The position numbers and the translations under genes were made by a program. From NCBI GenBank assembly GCA_024277355.1, contig JAJRVL010000001.1, positions 30,001 through 62,000 of the forward strand: 32,000 nt of DNA, written 5' to 3'. The notes beneath the pieces were generated by a model, which was not told the origin of the DNA, did not search any database, and saw nothing but the letters and a program-made list of their open reading frames with translations. Shown in pieces: positions 1 through 9,773 of the stretch. The DNA is from an archaeon. GTDB lineage: Archaea; Iainarchaeota; Iainarchaeia; Iainarchaeales; 1-14-0-10-31-34. Within the stretch, counting starts at the first letter, position 1. Every line of letters begins with the position of its first letter.

Positions 1-744
1 ATCAATGAAGGGTATGAAAAAGAAAGAATTTTTACTGTAGGAAATCCAGTAGTAGATGCATTAAAATTTGCAGAAAAAAGAATAAAAGAAAGTTCAATTT
101 TTGAAAAATATCCAGTATTAGAAGAAGGCAATTTAATCAGGTTTTGTATTCACAGAAGAGAAAATATTTCTTCAAAGCATCGATTTAAAGTTTTATATAA
201 TTCAATGGTTTCATTAATTAAAGAAGGAAGAAATGTATTATTAATTTCTTTAGGTTCAACAGAAAAAGCATTAGAGTTTTATGATTTAAAAAACAAAACA
301 AAAGAATTAGCAGAAAAACACAAAAACTTTATTTACAGCGAGGTATGGCCGCAGTATACTGATGTAATTGCAGCAATGAAAAAATGCAGTGTAATTGCAA
401 CTGATTCAGGTTCAATTCAGGAAGAAACAAACACTTTAGGCATTCCTGGAGTTGTATTAAGATTTAATTCAGACAGACCTGAAGCAGTATTTGAAGGAAG
501 CAATATTATTGCTCCGCCGATTAAAACAGAAATTGTAACAAAAATAATTCAGGATGTAATGGATTCAGATTTAAATAAACAAATGAAAAATTCAAAAAAA
601 TTATACGGCGAAAATGTTTCAGAAAAAATAGTTTCAATAACAAAAAAAATAACTGAAAAAGAAGAATTATTCGAATTATTTGAACATGAAAGATTAGGTT
701 TAAGCAAAAAAGATTTCTGGGAAAAAGGAGGCATTGAATGGTAA
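1..744 (+). CDS. wecB: UDP-N-acetylglucosamine 2-epimerase (non-hydrolysing), 5'-truncated by window edge
   Basis: Frame 1 is open from base 1 (INEGYEKERIFTVGNPVVDAL...), upstream of the listed ORF start at 205; contains the family motifs HRREN (FCIHRREN) and TDSGSIQEE. Confidence 0.9.
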   Translation: MNEGYEKERIFTVGNPVVDALKFAEKRIKESSIFEKYPVLEEGNLIRFCIHRRENISSKHRFKVLYNSMVSLIKEGRNVLLISLGSTEKALEFYDLKNKTKELAEKHKNFIYSEVWPQYTDVIAAMKKCSVIATDSGSIQEETNTLGIPGVVLRFNSDRPEAVFEGSNIIAPPIKTEIVTKIIQDVMDSDLNKQMKNSKKLYGENVSEKIVSITKKITEKEELFELFEHERLGLSKKDFWEKGGIEW

Positions 745-1613
745 AAACAGCAAGCATAGTTATTTTGACTTTTAACAGAGAAGAAGTAATAAACAAAACA
801 GTCAAGGCAATGCTTGAGTTGGAATACGATGAAAATGCATTTGAAGTAATAGTAATAAATGATGAAAGCAAAGATAACACAAAAAAAATTCTTGAAAAAT
901 TTAAAGATAAAAAATTAACTGTAATTCATAACAAAAAAGAAAAAGGCCCTTGTGAAGCAAGAAATCAGGGAATTAATTCAGCAAAAAATGACTTCATAAT
1001 AATAATGGATGACGACTGCATTCCAGAAAAAAACTGGTTAAAACAAATGATTTCAGGATTTGATTCAGATAAAGTAGGGATGGTTTCAGGTTATTCTTTG
1101 CATGGAGGAACATCAACTGCTTTCAGCAGAAAAGCATTAGAAAAAGCAGGTTTATATGACAAAGAATATTTTTATTACAGAGAAGATACAGATTTAGTTT
1201 TCAGAATAATGGATGCAGGATTTCAAATTAAACAGGTTAACGCAAAATATTTACATGACCATAAAATGGAAAAACCAAAAAATATAATTGAATTTTTAAA
1301 GCATTCATGGAAAAGAATTCAAAACCATAAAAATGATGTATTGCTTTACAAAAAAAACCCTGAAAGAACAAAAAAATTTTTAGATGTAAAATTTGGTTTT
1401 TTAATTAATCCATTAAATGACTTTAAGGCTGCAACAGGTTTATGGCATAAAGGCGGAAAAATGAATTTAAGTTCTCCAAGAGGAATAGTTTTTATGGAAA
1501 ACAAAAGTTTATTGCATTCAATTATAATTCTATTTGGCGGAATATTTTATGTAATAGCAGTAAAAAGCATAAGATTTTATGCAAGCTTAAAATTCAGGAA
1601 ATTTTTAATTTAA
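738..1613 (+). CDS. Glycosyltransferase family 2
   Basis: 291 aa; N-term ASIVILTFNREEVINKTVKAML, EVIVINDESKDNT, IIMDDDCIPEKNW (DxD) and a later ED motif; overlaps the upstream gene by 7 nt. Confidence 0.88.
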   Translation: MVKTASIVILTFNREEVINKTVKAMLELEYDENAFEVIVINDESKDNTKKILEKFKDKKLTVIHNKKEKGPCEARNQGINSAKNDFIIIMDDDCIPEKNWLKQMISGFDSDKVGMVSGYSLHGGTSTAFSRKALEKAGLYDKEYFYYREDTDLVFRIMDAGFQIKQVNAKYLHDHKMEKPKNIIEFLKHSWKRIQNHKNDVLLYKKNPERTKKFLDVKFGFLINPLNDFKAATGLWHKGGKMNLSSPRGIVFMENKSLLHSIIILFGGIFYVIAVKSIRFYASLKFRKFLI

Positions 1614-1623
1614 GGTGAAAGAA

Positions 1624-3105
1624 ATGACGTATAAAATTTTAATGTTAAATCCTCCGTTTAAAAAAGATTATTCAAGACAAAGCCGTTCTCCCTGCGTAAC
1701 AAAAAGCCGCACTATGTATTATCCTTATTATTTAGCTTATGCAACAGGCGCATTAGAAAAAGCAGGATATAAACCTGAATTAATTGATGCAATTGTAATG
1801 AACTGGACTACAGAAAAAACAGTTGAATACATAAAAGAAAAAAAATTTGATTTAATTATAATGGATACAAGTACTCCAAGCATATTAAATGATTTAAAAA
1901 CAGCAGAAGCAATTAAGAAAGAATTACCTGACTGCCATATTTCAATGGTTAATACTCATCCAACAAATATGCCTGAATGGACTTTAAGACAAACCAAAGC
2001 AGTTGACTCAGTTTGCATTGGAGAATTTGATAATACAGTTGTGTTTTTAGCTGATGCATTAAGCAAAAGAAAAAGTTTAAATGACGTTCAGGGAACTGCA
2101 TTTATAGAAAACAATAAGTTTATACATAATGGTTCAGGGAAATTAGTTGAAAACTTAGATGAACTACCTTTTGTTTCAGAAATTTATATGAGGCATTTTG
2201 GCGAAAAACAAATTAAAGAATATTTTTATGCTTCAATCCAATGGCCTGAAATCCAGATGCTTACTGCAAGAGGATGCAAGTTTGGATGCAGTTTCTGCAA
2301 TATTCCAATGAAGCAAAGTTACAGGGCAAGAAGCATTCCAAATGTCATTGAAGAACTGAAATATATTCAAAAAAACATGCCTTTCTTAAACGAAATCATG
2401 TTTGAAGACGATACTTTTCCAATGGTGAAAGAAAGGACAATTGATTTATGCAATGCAATGATTAAAGAAGGAATAAAATTAACATGGAGCTGTAATGCAA
2501 GAGTTAACACTGATTTAGAAACCCTGCAGAAAATGAAGGAAGCAGGCGGAAGATTAACTTGTGTTGGCTTTGAAACGCCGACTCAACAAGTGTTAAACAG
2601 TGTAATTAAAGGGCAAAATAAAGTTATGCAGGTTGAATTCAAAAAAAGGGCGGATAAAGCAGGAATTTTAGTTAATGGATGCTTTATTTTAGGTCTGCCA
2701 AATGATACTCCTGAAACAATGCAGGCAACAATTGATTTTGCAAAATTTTTGAATTCAAATACTTCTCAATTTTATCCAATGATGGTTTATCCAGGAACTA
2801 AAGCATTTCAATGGGCAAAAGAAAATAATTTTATTTCAACAGAAGATTTCAGTAAATGGTTAACGCCGGAAGGACTGCATAATACTGTTATTAAAAGACC
2901 TGAACTTTCTCCTGAAGAAGTATTAAAATGGTGCAATAAAGCAAGAATGGATTTTTATGCAAAAAATCCAAGATACTGGAAAAAAGCAATAATTCAATCC
3001 ATTAAAAATCCAAAAGAAGGAATAAGAATTGCAAAAGCAGGAAAAGTATTAATCAAGCATTTAGCTAAATCTATTTTATCAAAAGATGCTAAAGTGAAAA
3101 AATGA
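1624..3105 (+). CDS. B12-binding domain radical SAM protein
   Basis: N-terminal cobalamin-binding-like Rossmann domain (NPPFKKDYSRQSR..., LIIMDTSTPS) followed by radical SAM CxxxCxxC (TARGCKFGCSFCNIP). GGTGA at 1614-1618 favours ATG at 1624 over the listed GTG at 1615. Confidence 0.88.
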   Translation: MTYKILMLNPPFKKDYSRQSRSPCVTKSRTMYYPYYLAYATGALEKAGYKPELIDAIVMNWTTEKTVEYIKEKKFDLIIMDTSTPSILNDLKTAEAIKKELPDCHISMVNTHPTNMPEWTLRQTKAVDSVCIGEFDNTVVFLADALSKRKSLNDVQGTAFIENNKFIHNGSGKLVENLDELPFVSEIYMRHFGEKQIKEYFYASIQWPEIQMLTARGCKFGCSFCNIPMKQSYRARSIPNVIEELKYIQKNMPFLNEIMFEDDTFPMVKERTIDLCNAMIKEGIKLTWSCNARVNTDLETLQKMKEAGGRLTCVGFETPTQQVLNSVIKGQNKVMQVEFKKRADKAGILVNGCFILGLPNDTPETMQATIDFAKFLNSNTSQFYPMMVYPGTKAFQWAKENNFISTEDFSKWLTPEGLHNTVIKRPELSPEEVLKWCNKARMDFYAKNPRYWKKAIIQSIKNPKEGIRIAKAGKVLIKHLAKSILSKDAKVKK

Positions 3106-4064
3106 TTTCTGTTATTGTTCCTGCATTTAATTCAGAAAAAACTATTGGAAAAACAATTTCTTCTGTTTTAGAACAAAAAACAGCAAAAGAATTTGAATTA
3201 ATTATAGTTGATGATAAATCAACAGACAATACTGTAAAAAAAATAAAAGAATTTAAAAAAGTAATTTTAGTTGAACAAAAAAAAAATTCAGGTCCCGCAG
3301 TTGCAAGAAATTCAGGAGCAGAAAAAGCTAAAGGAGAAATAATTCTTTTTACTGATGCTGATTGTGTTGCAGAAAAAAACTGGTTAGAAGAAATGATTAA
3401 GCCATTTGAAAACCCTGAAGTTATCGGAGTTCAGGGAGCATATAAAACAAAACAAAATTCTTTGACTGCAAGATTTGTTCAGATTGAAATTGAAGACAGA
3501 TATGATTTAATGAAAAAAAAAGAATTCATTGATTTTATTGGAAGTTATTCAGCAGGATACAGGAAAAAAACTTTTTTAGAGTTTAATGGTTTTAATGAAA
3601 ATTTTCCTGCTGCTTCAGGCGAAGACCCTGAATTAAGTTTTAGAATGGAAAAAAAAGGATTAAAATTAGTTTTTAATTCTAATGCAGTTGTTTATCATTT
3701 ACATCCTGAAGATTTTATGAAATATTTAAAAATAAAGTTTTGGAGAGGTTACTGGAGAATATTAATGTACAAAACACACAAAGACAAAATAATAAAAGAT
3801 TCTTATACTCCTCAAATACTAAAATTCCAGATAATTTTAATGTATGCAATGTTAATTGGATTAATAATAAATCCATTTATTTCAATTAAATTACTTCCTT
3901 TTTTTGGATTTATAATTATTTTTAGTATTACTTTGATTCCTTTTACAGTTAAAGCATTACAAAAAGATTTTTTTATTGGATTAATTTCTCCAGTAATAAT
4001 TTATTTCAGAACAACTGCTTTTTGTATGGGATTGGTTTGGGGTTTAATTAAGGTGAAAAAATGA
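3102..4064 (+). CDS. Glycosyltransferase family 2 with C-terminal transmembrane segments
   Basis: MISVIVPAFNSEKTIGKTISSVL, ELIIVDDKSTDNT, FTDADCVAEKNW; hydrophobic C-terminal helices; 4-nt overlap with upstream ORF. Confidence 0.88.
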   Translation: MISVIVPAFNSEKTIGKTISSVLEQKTAKEFELIIVDDKSTDNTVKKIKEFKKVILVEQKKNSGPAVARNSGAEKAKGEIILFTDADCVAEKNWLEEMIKPFENPEVIGVQGAYKTKQNSLTARFVQIEIEDRYDLMKKKEFIDFIGSYSAGYRKKTFLEFNGFNENFPAASGEDPELSFRMEKKGLKLVFNSNAVVYHLHPEDFMKYLKIKFWRGYWRILMYKTHKDKIIKDSYTPQILKFQIILMYAMLIGLIINPFISIKLLPFFGFIIIFSITLIPFTVKALQKDFFIGLISPVIIYFRTTAFCMGLVWGLIKVKK

Positions 4065-5139
4065 AAGTACTTCACATCTCACACCATTTTTCTCCTTGTA
4101 TTGGCGGAACAGAAAAATATATAATGGATTTATGTTTAGCTTCAAAAAAAAAGGAATTCAGACAGAAGTAGTTTGTCTGAATAAATGTTCAGGCAGTAAA
4201 AAAAAATTAAAAAAAACAGAAACAATTCACGGAATAAAAGTAACAAGAATTCCTTTTATTGACTTAAAAATGTATAAAATTGCATTAAAAGTTTCAGAGC
4301 ATTTAAAAGATTTTGATTTAATTCATGTGCATGGAATAGGTTTTTTTTCCGATTATATTATATCAAAAAGAAATGAACACAAAAAACCAGTAGTAATTTC
4401 AACTCATGGAGGAATATTCCACACAAACAAAAAAAGTTTACTGAAGAAATTTTATCATAATTACTGGTTAAATTATTATTTAAAAAAAGCAGACAAAATA
4501 ATTGCAGACAGCAAAAATGACTTTGAGCAGTTTAAAAAAATTTCAGATAACGTAATTTTAATTCAAAATGCAGTTGATACAAAAAAATTTGAATTCAAGG
4601 GAAAAAAGAATTTCAATAAATGTGTTTTTATAGGAAGAATATCAAAAAATAAAAGAATTGATTTATTGATTGACAGGTTTAGCGAAACACAAGGAAAAAC
4701 ACTGGAAATAATCGGAGAAGACTTTGATAAACTAAGAAAAGAATTAGAAAAAAAAATAAAAGAAAAAAAACTGGAAAAAAGAATCTTTTTCAGAGGCAAA
4801 ATAAGCGAAAAAGAATTAATCAAAAAAGTAAAGCAGTCTGGATTTCATTTGTCTGCATCAGAATATGAAGGCTTTGGAATGGCAGTAATTGAATCAATAG
4901 CTTCAGGAACAATCCCTGTATTAAATAACATTAAAGCTTTCAGAGAATTAATTAAAAACAAAAAAAATGGTTATTTAATTGATTACACAAAAAAAGGATC
5001 ATTAAAAAAAATATTTGAAACAAAAGAATCAGAATTAAATAAAGTTTCTTCTGAATGCATTAAAGAAGCAAAAAATTATTCCTGGAAAAAAAAGGTGAAA
5101 GAAATTGAAAAAATCTACAAGAATTGCATTAATAAATGA
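4061..5139 (+). CDS. Glycosyltransferase family 4 (GT-B), apparently split by a 1-nt frameshift in an A9 run at 4144-4152
   Basis: ATG at 4061 after GGTGA (4052-4056) encodes MKVLHISHHFSPCIGGTEKYIMDLCLASKKK, then goes out of frame. The frame of ORF 4096 continues GIQTEVVCLNKCSGS...; adding one A to the A9 run joins the two into a canonical GT4 N-terminus. C-term has ASEYEGFGMAVIESIASGTIPV. Confidence 0.82.
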
Positions 5140-6181
5140 CTATAATGAAAAAACAGGAATAGGAAAATACGCCTGCAACTTATTTAATGAATTAGAAAAA
5201 AAAATCGATATTAAAATGGTTTATTTAGGAAAAAAAGAAAATGAAAACGAAAAAATAAAATTTATAGGAGAAGGAATTAATTTTCCGGTGTTAAAAAAAA
5301 CTCTTAATACTCATTATTATTATCCAAAAAAAATTCCAAAAGAATATGATTTGTTTCATTTAAGCAACCAGTTTATTTCCAAAATAGCAGAAAATAATTC
5401 TCCTTCAATTGTCAGCTGTATGGACATAATTCCTTTTGTACTGAAAAAACATTATCCTTTAGCAATGAGAATTTTTCTTGAAAGATCAATGAAGTCAATG
5501 AAAAAAGCAGAAAAAATAATTTCAATTTCAGATTTCACAAAAAAAGAATTAATTGAAAAGTTTGGAATAGACAAAAAAAAGATTAAAACAGTATATTTAG
5601 GTTATGACAAAAAAATTTTCAGAGAAAAAAACAAAAACAAAACAAGAAAAAAACTTGGATTAGAAAAAGAAAAAACTTATTTGTTAAATGTTGGTTCAGA
5701 AGAAAAAAGAAAAAATGTTAATGAATTATTAAAAGCAGTTAAAGACATGGATTTAACTTTGATTAGAATAGGCGAGCAAAGAACTGAAACAAAAAAATTA
5801 ATTGAAAAAGAAAACATAAACAACGTCTTATACATAAATGATGTTTCTGAGCAAAAACTATCAGACTACTATACTGCAGTTGACTTAAGTGTTTTTCCTT
5901 CAGGTTATGAAGGGTTTGGCCTTCCAATACTTGAAGCAATGGCCTGCAGTTCTCCTGTGTTAACAACAAATCAGGCAAGCATTCCTGAAATAACAGGAAA
6001 AAATCCTATTTCAATAGAAAAAATTAATGAATCTGAAATAAAAGAAAAAATAAAAACAGTTCTGACAAATAAATCCTTACAAAAATCAATTAAAAGAAAA
6101 GGATTAAAACAAGCAGAAAAGTTTTCATGGAAGAAATGTGCAAAAAAAACTCTTGAAGTTTATGAAAGTGTGTTAAAATGA
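5105..6181 (+). CDS. Glycosyltransferase family 4
   Basis: TTG start preceded by GGTGA (5094-5098); MKKSTRIALINDYNEKTGIGKYACNLFNEL; LSVFPSGYEGFGLPILEAMACSSPVLTTNQASIPEITG. Confidence 0.87.
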   Translation: MKKSTRIALINDYNEKTGIGKYACNLFNELEKKIDIKMVYLGKKENENEKIKFIGEGINFPVLKKTLNTHYYYPKKIPKEYDLFHLSNQFISKIAENNSPSIVSCMDIIPFVLKKHYPLAMRIFLERSMKSMKKAEKIISISDFTKKELIEKFGIDKKKIKTVYLGYDKKIFREKNKNKTRKKLGLEKEKTYLLNVGSEEKRKNVNELLKAVKDMDLTLIRIGEQRTETKKLIEKENINNVLYINDVSEQKLSDYYTAVDLSVFPSGYEGFGLPILEAMACSSPVLTTNQASIPEITGKNPISIEKINESEIKEKIKTVLTNKSLQKSIKRKGLKQAEKFSWKKCAKKTLEVYESVLK

Positions 6182-6816
6182 ATGGAAAAACAAAACAAGA
6201 ATTCGGAACAATGTTCGAAAGAAGACAAAAAAAAATGATTAAAGAAAAAAGCATTTATTTTCCTTTTGATCCATTGAAATTTTTAGATAAAAAATTTAAG
6301 TTTAATGGAAGAATTCTTGATTTTGGATGCTTAAAAGAAAGTTTTTTTTATAAAAAAACTTTAAGAGAAAAAGGAAATTACAAAGGATTTGATTTAGACT
6401 TAAAGACAGTTGACTGGCTTAAAAAAAATAATTTTTATGCGGATTTCTGGAATACAAAAGAAAAATTTGATTTAATTATTTCAAACCATGTATACGAACA
6501 CATGGAAGCAGAAGAAAGAGAAAAATTTATTGCAAGAAGCTATGAATTATTAAACAAAAACGGAAAATTAATTATGGCTTTTCCTAATATAATAAATCTG
6601 TCAATTGGATTAGAATACTGGACTGATCGCACTCATAAACTGCCTCCTTCTCCTGTAGATGAAGCTTATTTTGCAGAATTATTTGGTTTTAAATCAGAAT
6701 TATTTTTTGCCGGCTTAAGTTTTTATCCGTTAAAATATTTTTCCAGATTAATTGCAAACTTTTTATTAGGATTTAACCCATTGCATAACTGCATTGTAAT
6801 TTGCACAAAAAACTAG
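6178..6816 (+). CDS. Class I SAM-dependent methyltransferase
   Basis: RILDFGCLKESFF glycine loop; FDLIISNHVYEHMEAEEREKFIARSYELLNKNGKLIMAFPN. Confidence 0.8.
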   Translation: MNGKTKQEFGTMFERRQKKMIKEKSIYFPFDPLKFLDKKFKFNGRILDFGCLKESFFYKKTLREKGNYKGFDLDLKTVDWLKKNNFYADFWNTKEKFDLIISNHVYEHMEAEEREKFIARSYELLNKNGKLIMAFPNIINLSIGLEYWTDRTHKLPPSPVDEAYFAELFGFKSELFFAGLSFYPLKYFSRLIANFLLGFNPLHNCIVICTKN

Positions 6817-7727
6817 TGTCCTGTTTTTCTGTCTAAACCTGAAATAAAAAGCAGGCTTCCATGCAGCATTCCTAAACCAAAAACAAGAAAAGTAAACGTT
6901 TTTCCTAAAACAAAAATATTTCTTGTTTTAACTGTTTCATAAACTATTTTTAAATAAATTAAAAAAAAAGGAACTGCAAAAACAATTAAAGGAACAAAGT
7001 AAAATGAAAGAACTGAAAAAATAAAAGAAAGAAAATAAATCATTCTTGAATAAACTGAAATTAACTGGCTTAATTTATGCTGTTTTGGAACTAATTTAAT
7101 AAAAGACAAAGAAGTTTTCCCATACCATAAAGCCTGCTTATACATTTCTCTTAAAGTGTGAACTCCATGTCCTGAAAAAAAAGCATTGTTAATAGTTTTT
7201 TCTTTTAAGTTTTTTTCTTTTACATATTTTTTTAATTTATACAAAAAAATTTGGTCTTCGCCAAAGCCAATTAAAGGAAAACCATCTAATTCTAAAAAAG
7301 TTTTTTTCCTGACAAAACGCGGTTCCATTGACAAACCTGATTTTTTTGTTACGATTTTTTCAATTAAAGTATCCTGAATAGTAGTATAAGCAGTATAAAC
7401 TGCAACAGTTTTTTCATCAAAAGCGTGCATTGATTTTTTTATGAAATCTTTATCTGAAATAAAAAAATCTGCTCCAAGAATACATAAAATTTCTGCACCA
7501 GTTTTTTTTGCTGCAAAATTCCAGCCAAAAGAAGGCCCTCTTCTTCCAGGAGAATTAATGAAAACTTTTGCTCCTTTAGATGTTGCTATTTCAACTGTTT
7601 TGTCTGTTGAGCCATCATCAACTACAATTATTTCTTTATCTTTATATGAATTTGAATTAATGGAATCAATTAATTTTCCAATAAATTCTTCTTCGTTTAA
7701 AGTTGGAATAATTAAACAAACTTTCAT
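6813..7727 (-). CDS. Glycosyltransferase family 2 with C-terminal membrane segment
   Basis: MKVCLIIPTLNEEEFIGKLIDSI, EIIVVDDGSTDKTVEIA, ILCILGADFFIS. Confidence 0.88.
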   Translation of the reverse strand: MKVCLIIPTLNEEEFIGKLIDSINSNSYKDKEIIVVDDGSTDKTVEIATSKGAKVFINSPGRRGPSFGWNFAAKKTGAEILCILGADFFISDKDFIKKSMHAFDEKTVAVYTAYTTIQDTLIEKIVTKKSGLSMEPRFVRKKTFLELDGFPLIGFGEDQIFLYKLKKYVKEKNLKEKTINNAFFSGHGVHTLREMYKQALWYGKTSLSFIKLVPKQHKLSQLISVYSRMIYFLSFIFSVLSFYFVPLIVFAVPFFLIYLKIVYETVKTRNIFVLGKTFTFLVFGLGMLHGSLLFISGLDRKTGH

Positions 7728-7733
7728 TTTAAA

Positions 7734-8669
7734 TCAAAAAGAAATTGTTTTTTGTTCTTTAACTGATTTATGACATAAGTCAATTAAATGAACAATTTCT
7801 GCTCCAATTTTTCCGTCTGAAACAGTTTTATGATTATTTTCAACTGCTTTAACAAAAGAATTAATTTCTTCAATTAAAGGATTACTGGCTTGAACAAAAA
7901 CATTTTTTTCTGTCATATCAGAATTGTTAATTAAAGTTATCTGCTGTGTCATGCAGTCAATTAAAGCAGATTTTTCTGAGCCAACAACAAAAACAGTTCG
8001 TTTTTTTTCCGGAGTAACCCAGCTTACATCAATATTAATCAAAGTATTTCCTGCTTTACAATTAATAAACGCAGTTTCATCCTGTGAAGCATTTGTTCTT
8101 GAAGGAATTCCTCTGCAGGAAACTTCATTTGGAAGTTTGCCTAAAATAAAATAAATAATATCTAATGCATGAGGCCCTAAATCAAAATAAATATCTCTGT
8201 TGTCAGTAAAAGGTTCATTTAAATTAGTCCAGACTAATCTGGCCAAAAAGATTTCTCCTAATTCTCCAGTATCAATTAATTCTTTTAATTTAATTAAACC
8301 ATTATTATACCTGAAAATATGGCCGACACTTAACACAAGCTTATTTTTTTCTGCTAATTCAACTAATTCAAATGCTTGTTTTGAATCCAAAGTCATTGGT
8401 TTTTCTAATAAAACATGTTTTCCTTTTTCAAGACATTTTTTTGCTATTTCAAAATGAGTTGAATTTTGAGTGCAAATGCTTACAGCTTTTATTTCAGTAT
8501 CATTAAGCAGTTCATTTAAATCAGTTGTAGTGTTAACTTTATGTTTTTCTTTTACTGCATCAAGATTTTCCTGCTTTAAATCACATACAGTTACATCATG
8601 TTTTGCATTAAAATATTCTCTTACATGATTTTTTCCAAAATATCCTGCACCAATTACTCCAATCTTCAT
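7734..8669 (-). CDS. Gfo/Idh/MocA family oxidoreductase (possible UDP-GlcNAc 3-dehydrogenase, WbpB/WlbA/GnnA-like)
   Basis: MKIGVIGAGYFGKNHVREY Rossmann start; KGKHVLLEKPM signature; DLGPHALDIIYFILG; adjacent to a DegT aminotransferase and a hexapeptide acetyltransferase. Confidence 0.88.
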   Translation of the reverse strand: MKIGVIGAGYFGKNHVREYFNAKHDVTVCDLKQENLDAVKEKHKVNTTTDLNELLNDTEIKAVSICTQNSTHFEIAKKCLEKGKHVLLEKPMTLDSKQAFELVELAEKNKLVLSVGHIFRYNNGLIKLKELIDTGELGEIFLARLVWTNLNEPFTDNRDIYFDLGPHALDIIYFILGKLPNEVSCRGIPSRTNASQDETAFINCKAGNTLINIDVSWVTPEKKRTVFVVGSEKSALIDCMTQQITLINNSDMTEKNVFVQASNPLIEEINSFVKAVENNHKTVSDGKIGAEIVHLIDLCHKSVKEQKTISF

Positions 8670-9769
8670 TTTAAAACCTCTTTTAATTTTTCTCCGACAA
8701 ATTCAATTTCTTCTTTAGTTAAATAAGGATGAATTGGCAGAGAAAAAATTTCATTCATTAATTTTTCTGCAACAGGAAAATCTCCTTGTTTATATCCTAA
8801 CTCTGAACAAGCCGGCTGTAAATGTACTGGAACAGGATAATGCTGTCCAGTAAAAATTTCGTTTTGCTTTAAGAAGTCCTGAACTTTAGTTCTGTCTTTA
8901 ACTCTTGCAACATATAAATGATAAACATGTTTTGCATAAGGCATTTCTTTTGGAAGAATTAATCCTTCAATTCCTGATAAAACTTCATTATAATTTTCTG
9001 CTGCTTTTCTTCTTAATTCATTCCAGTTATCTAATTGTTTTAATTTAACATTTAATACTGCTGCCTGTAATGCTTCTAATCGATAATTATAACCTACAAC
9101 TGCATGAGTATTTTTTGGTTTTTCTCCATGAGCTCTTAAAATTCTTGCTTTTTCAATTAATTCTTCATTGCTTCCTGAAATAAACCCGCCTTCACCAAAA
9201 GCTCCAAGATTTTTTGCAGGATAAAAACTAAAACAAGCTAAATCTCCTAAAGAACCAGCTTTTTTTCCATTGTATTCTGCTCCATGAGCCTGACAGGCAT
9301 CTTCAATTAAAGTCAAAGAATTCTTTTCTGTTATTTCTTGTATTGGTTTTATATCTGCTGTCTGACCAAACAAATGAACAGGAATAACTGCTTTAGTTTT
9401 ATCAGTGATTTTTTCTTCAAGTTTTTCTGGATTCATATTAAATGAATCTTCTTGAACATCAACAAAAACCGGTTTAGCTCCAGTATGCATTATTGCTTCA
9501 ACTGTAGCAAAAAAAGTGTTTGGAGTAGTAATAACTTCATCTCCTTTTCCTATTCCTGCAGAAAGCAATGAAACATGTAATGCAGCAGTTCCTGAACTAA
9601 CTCCGACTCCAAATTTTGTTCCGCAATAAGAAGCAAAATTTTCTTCAAAAGAAGAAACAGGATTGCCTAAAACAAAAGCAGTATTATCAACAATTTCATT
9701 TATTGCTTTGTCAATTTCTTCCCTTATTGGTTTATGCAGTTTTTTTAAGTCAACAAAATTTACTTTCAT
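8666..9769 (-). CDS. DegT/DnrJ/EryC1/StrS family PLP-dependent sugar aminotransferase (WbpE-like)
   Basis: GVSSGTAALHVSLLSAGIGKGDEVITTPNTFFAT; LIEDACQAHGAEYNGKKAGSLGDLACFSFYPAKNLGAFGEGG (PLP lysine motif). GGAGTGA upstream supports ATG at 9769 rather than 9790. Confidence 0.92.
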   Translation of the reverse strand: MKVNFVDLKKLHKPIREEIDKAINEIVDNTAFVLGNPVSSFEENFASYCGTKFGVGVSSGTAALHVSLLSAGIGKGDEVITTPNTFFATVEAIMHTGAKPVFVDVQEDSFNMNPEKLEEKITDKTKAVIPVHLFGQTADIKPIQEITEKNSLTLIEDACQAHGAEYNGKKAGSLGDLACFSFYPAKNLGAFGEGGFISGSNEELIEKARILRAHGEKPKNTHAVVGYNYRLEALQAAVLNVKLKQLDNWNELRRKAAENYNEVLSGIEGLILPKEMPYAKHVYHLYVARVKDRTKVQDFLKQNEIFTGQHYPVPVHLQPACSELGYKQGDFPVAEKLMNEIFSLPIHPYLTKEEIEFVGEKLKEVLK

Positions 9770-9773
9770 TTTT

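Noticed and set aside
521-880. Antisense ORFs of 60-120 aa within coding regions (e.g. 521..880 -, 4563..4823 -, 7441..7773 +, 14628..14933 -, 30246..30488 -)
   Set aside because: They lie opposite well-supported genes, are low-complexity (Phe/Leu/Ser/Lys), and are explained by stop-poor complements of AAA/GAA-rich coding strands.
4096-4140. Listed start of GT4 ORF (MYWRNRKIYNGFMFS...)
   Set aside because: Out-of-frame translation of MKVLHISHHFSPCIGGTEKYIMDLCLAS from the ATG at 4061; not a genuine N-terminus.
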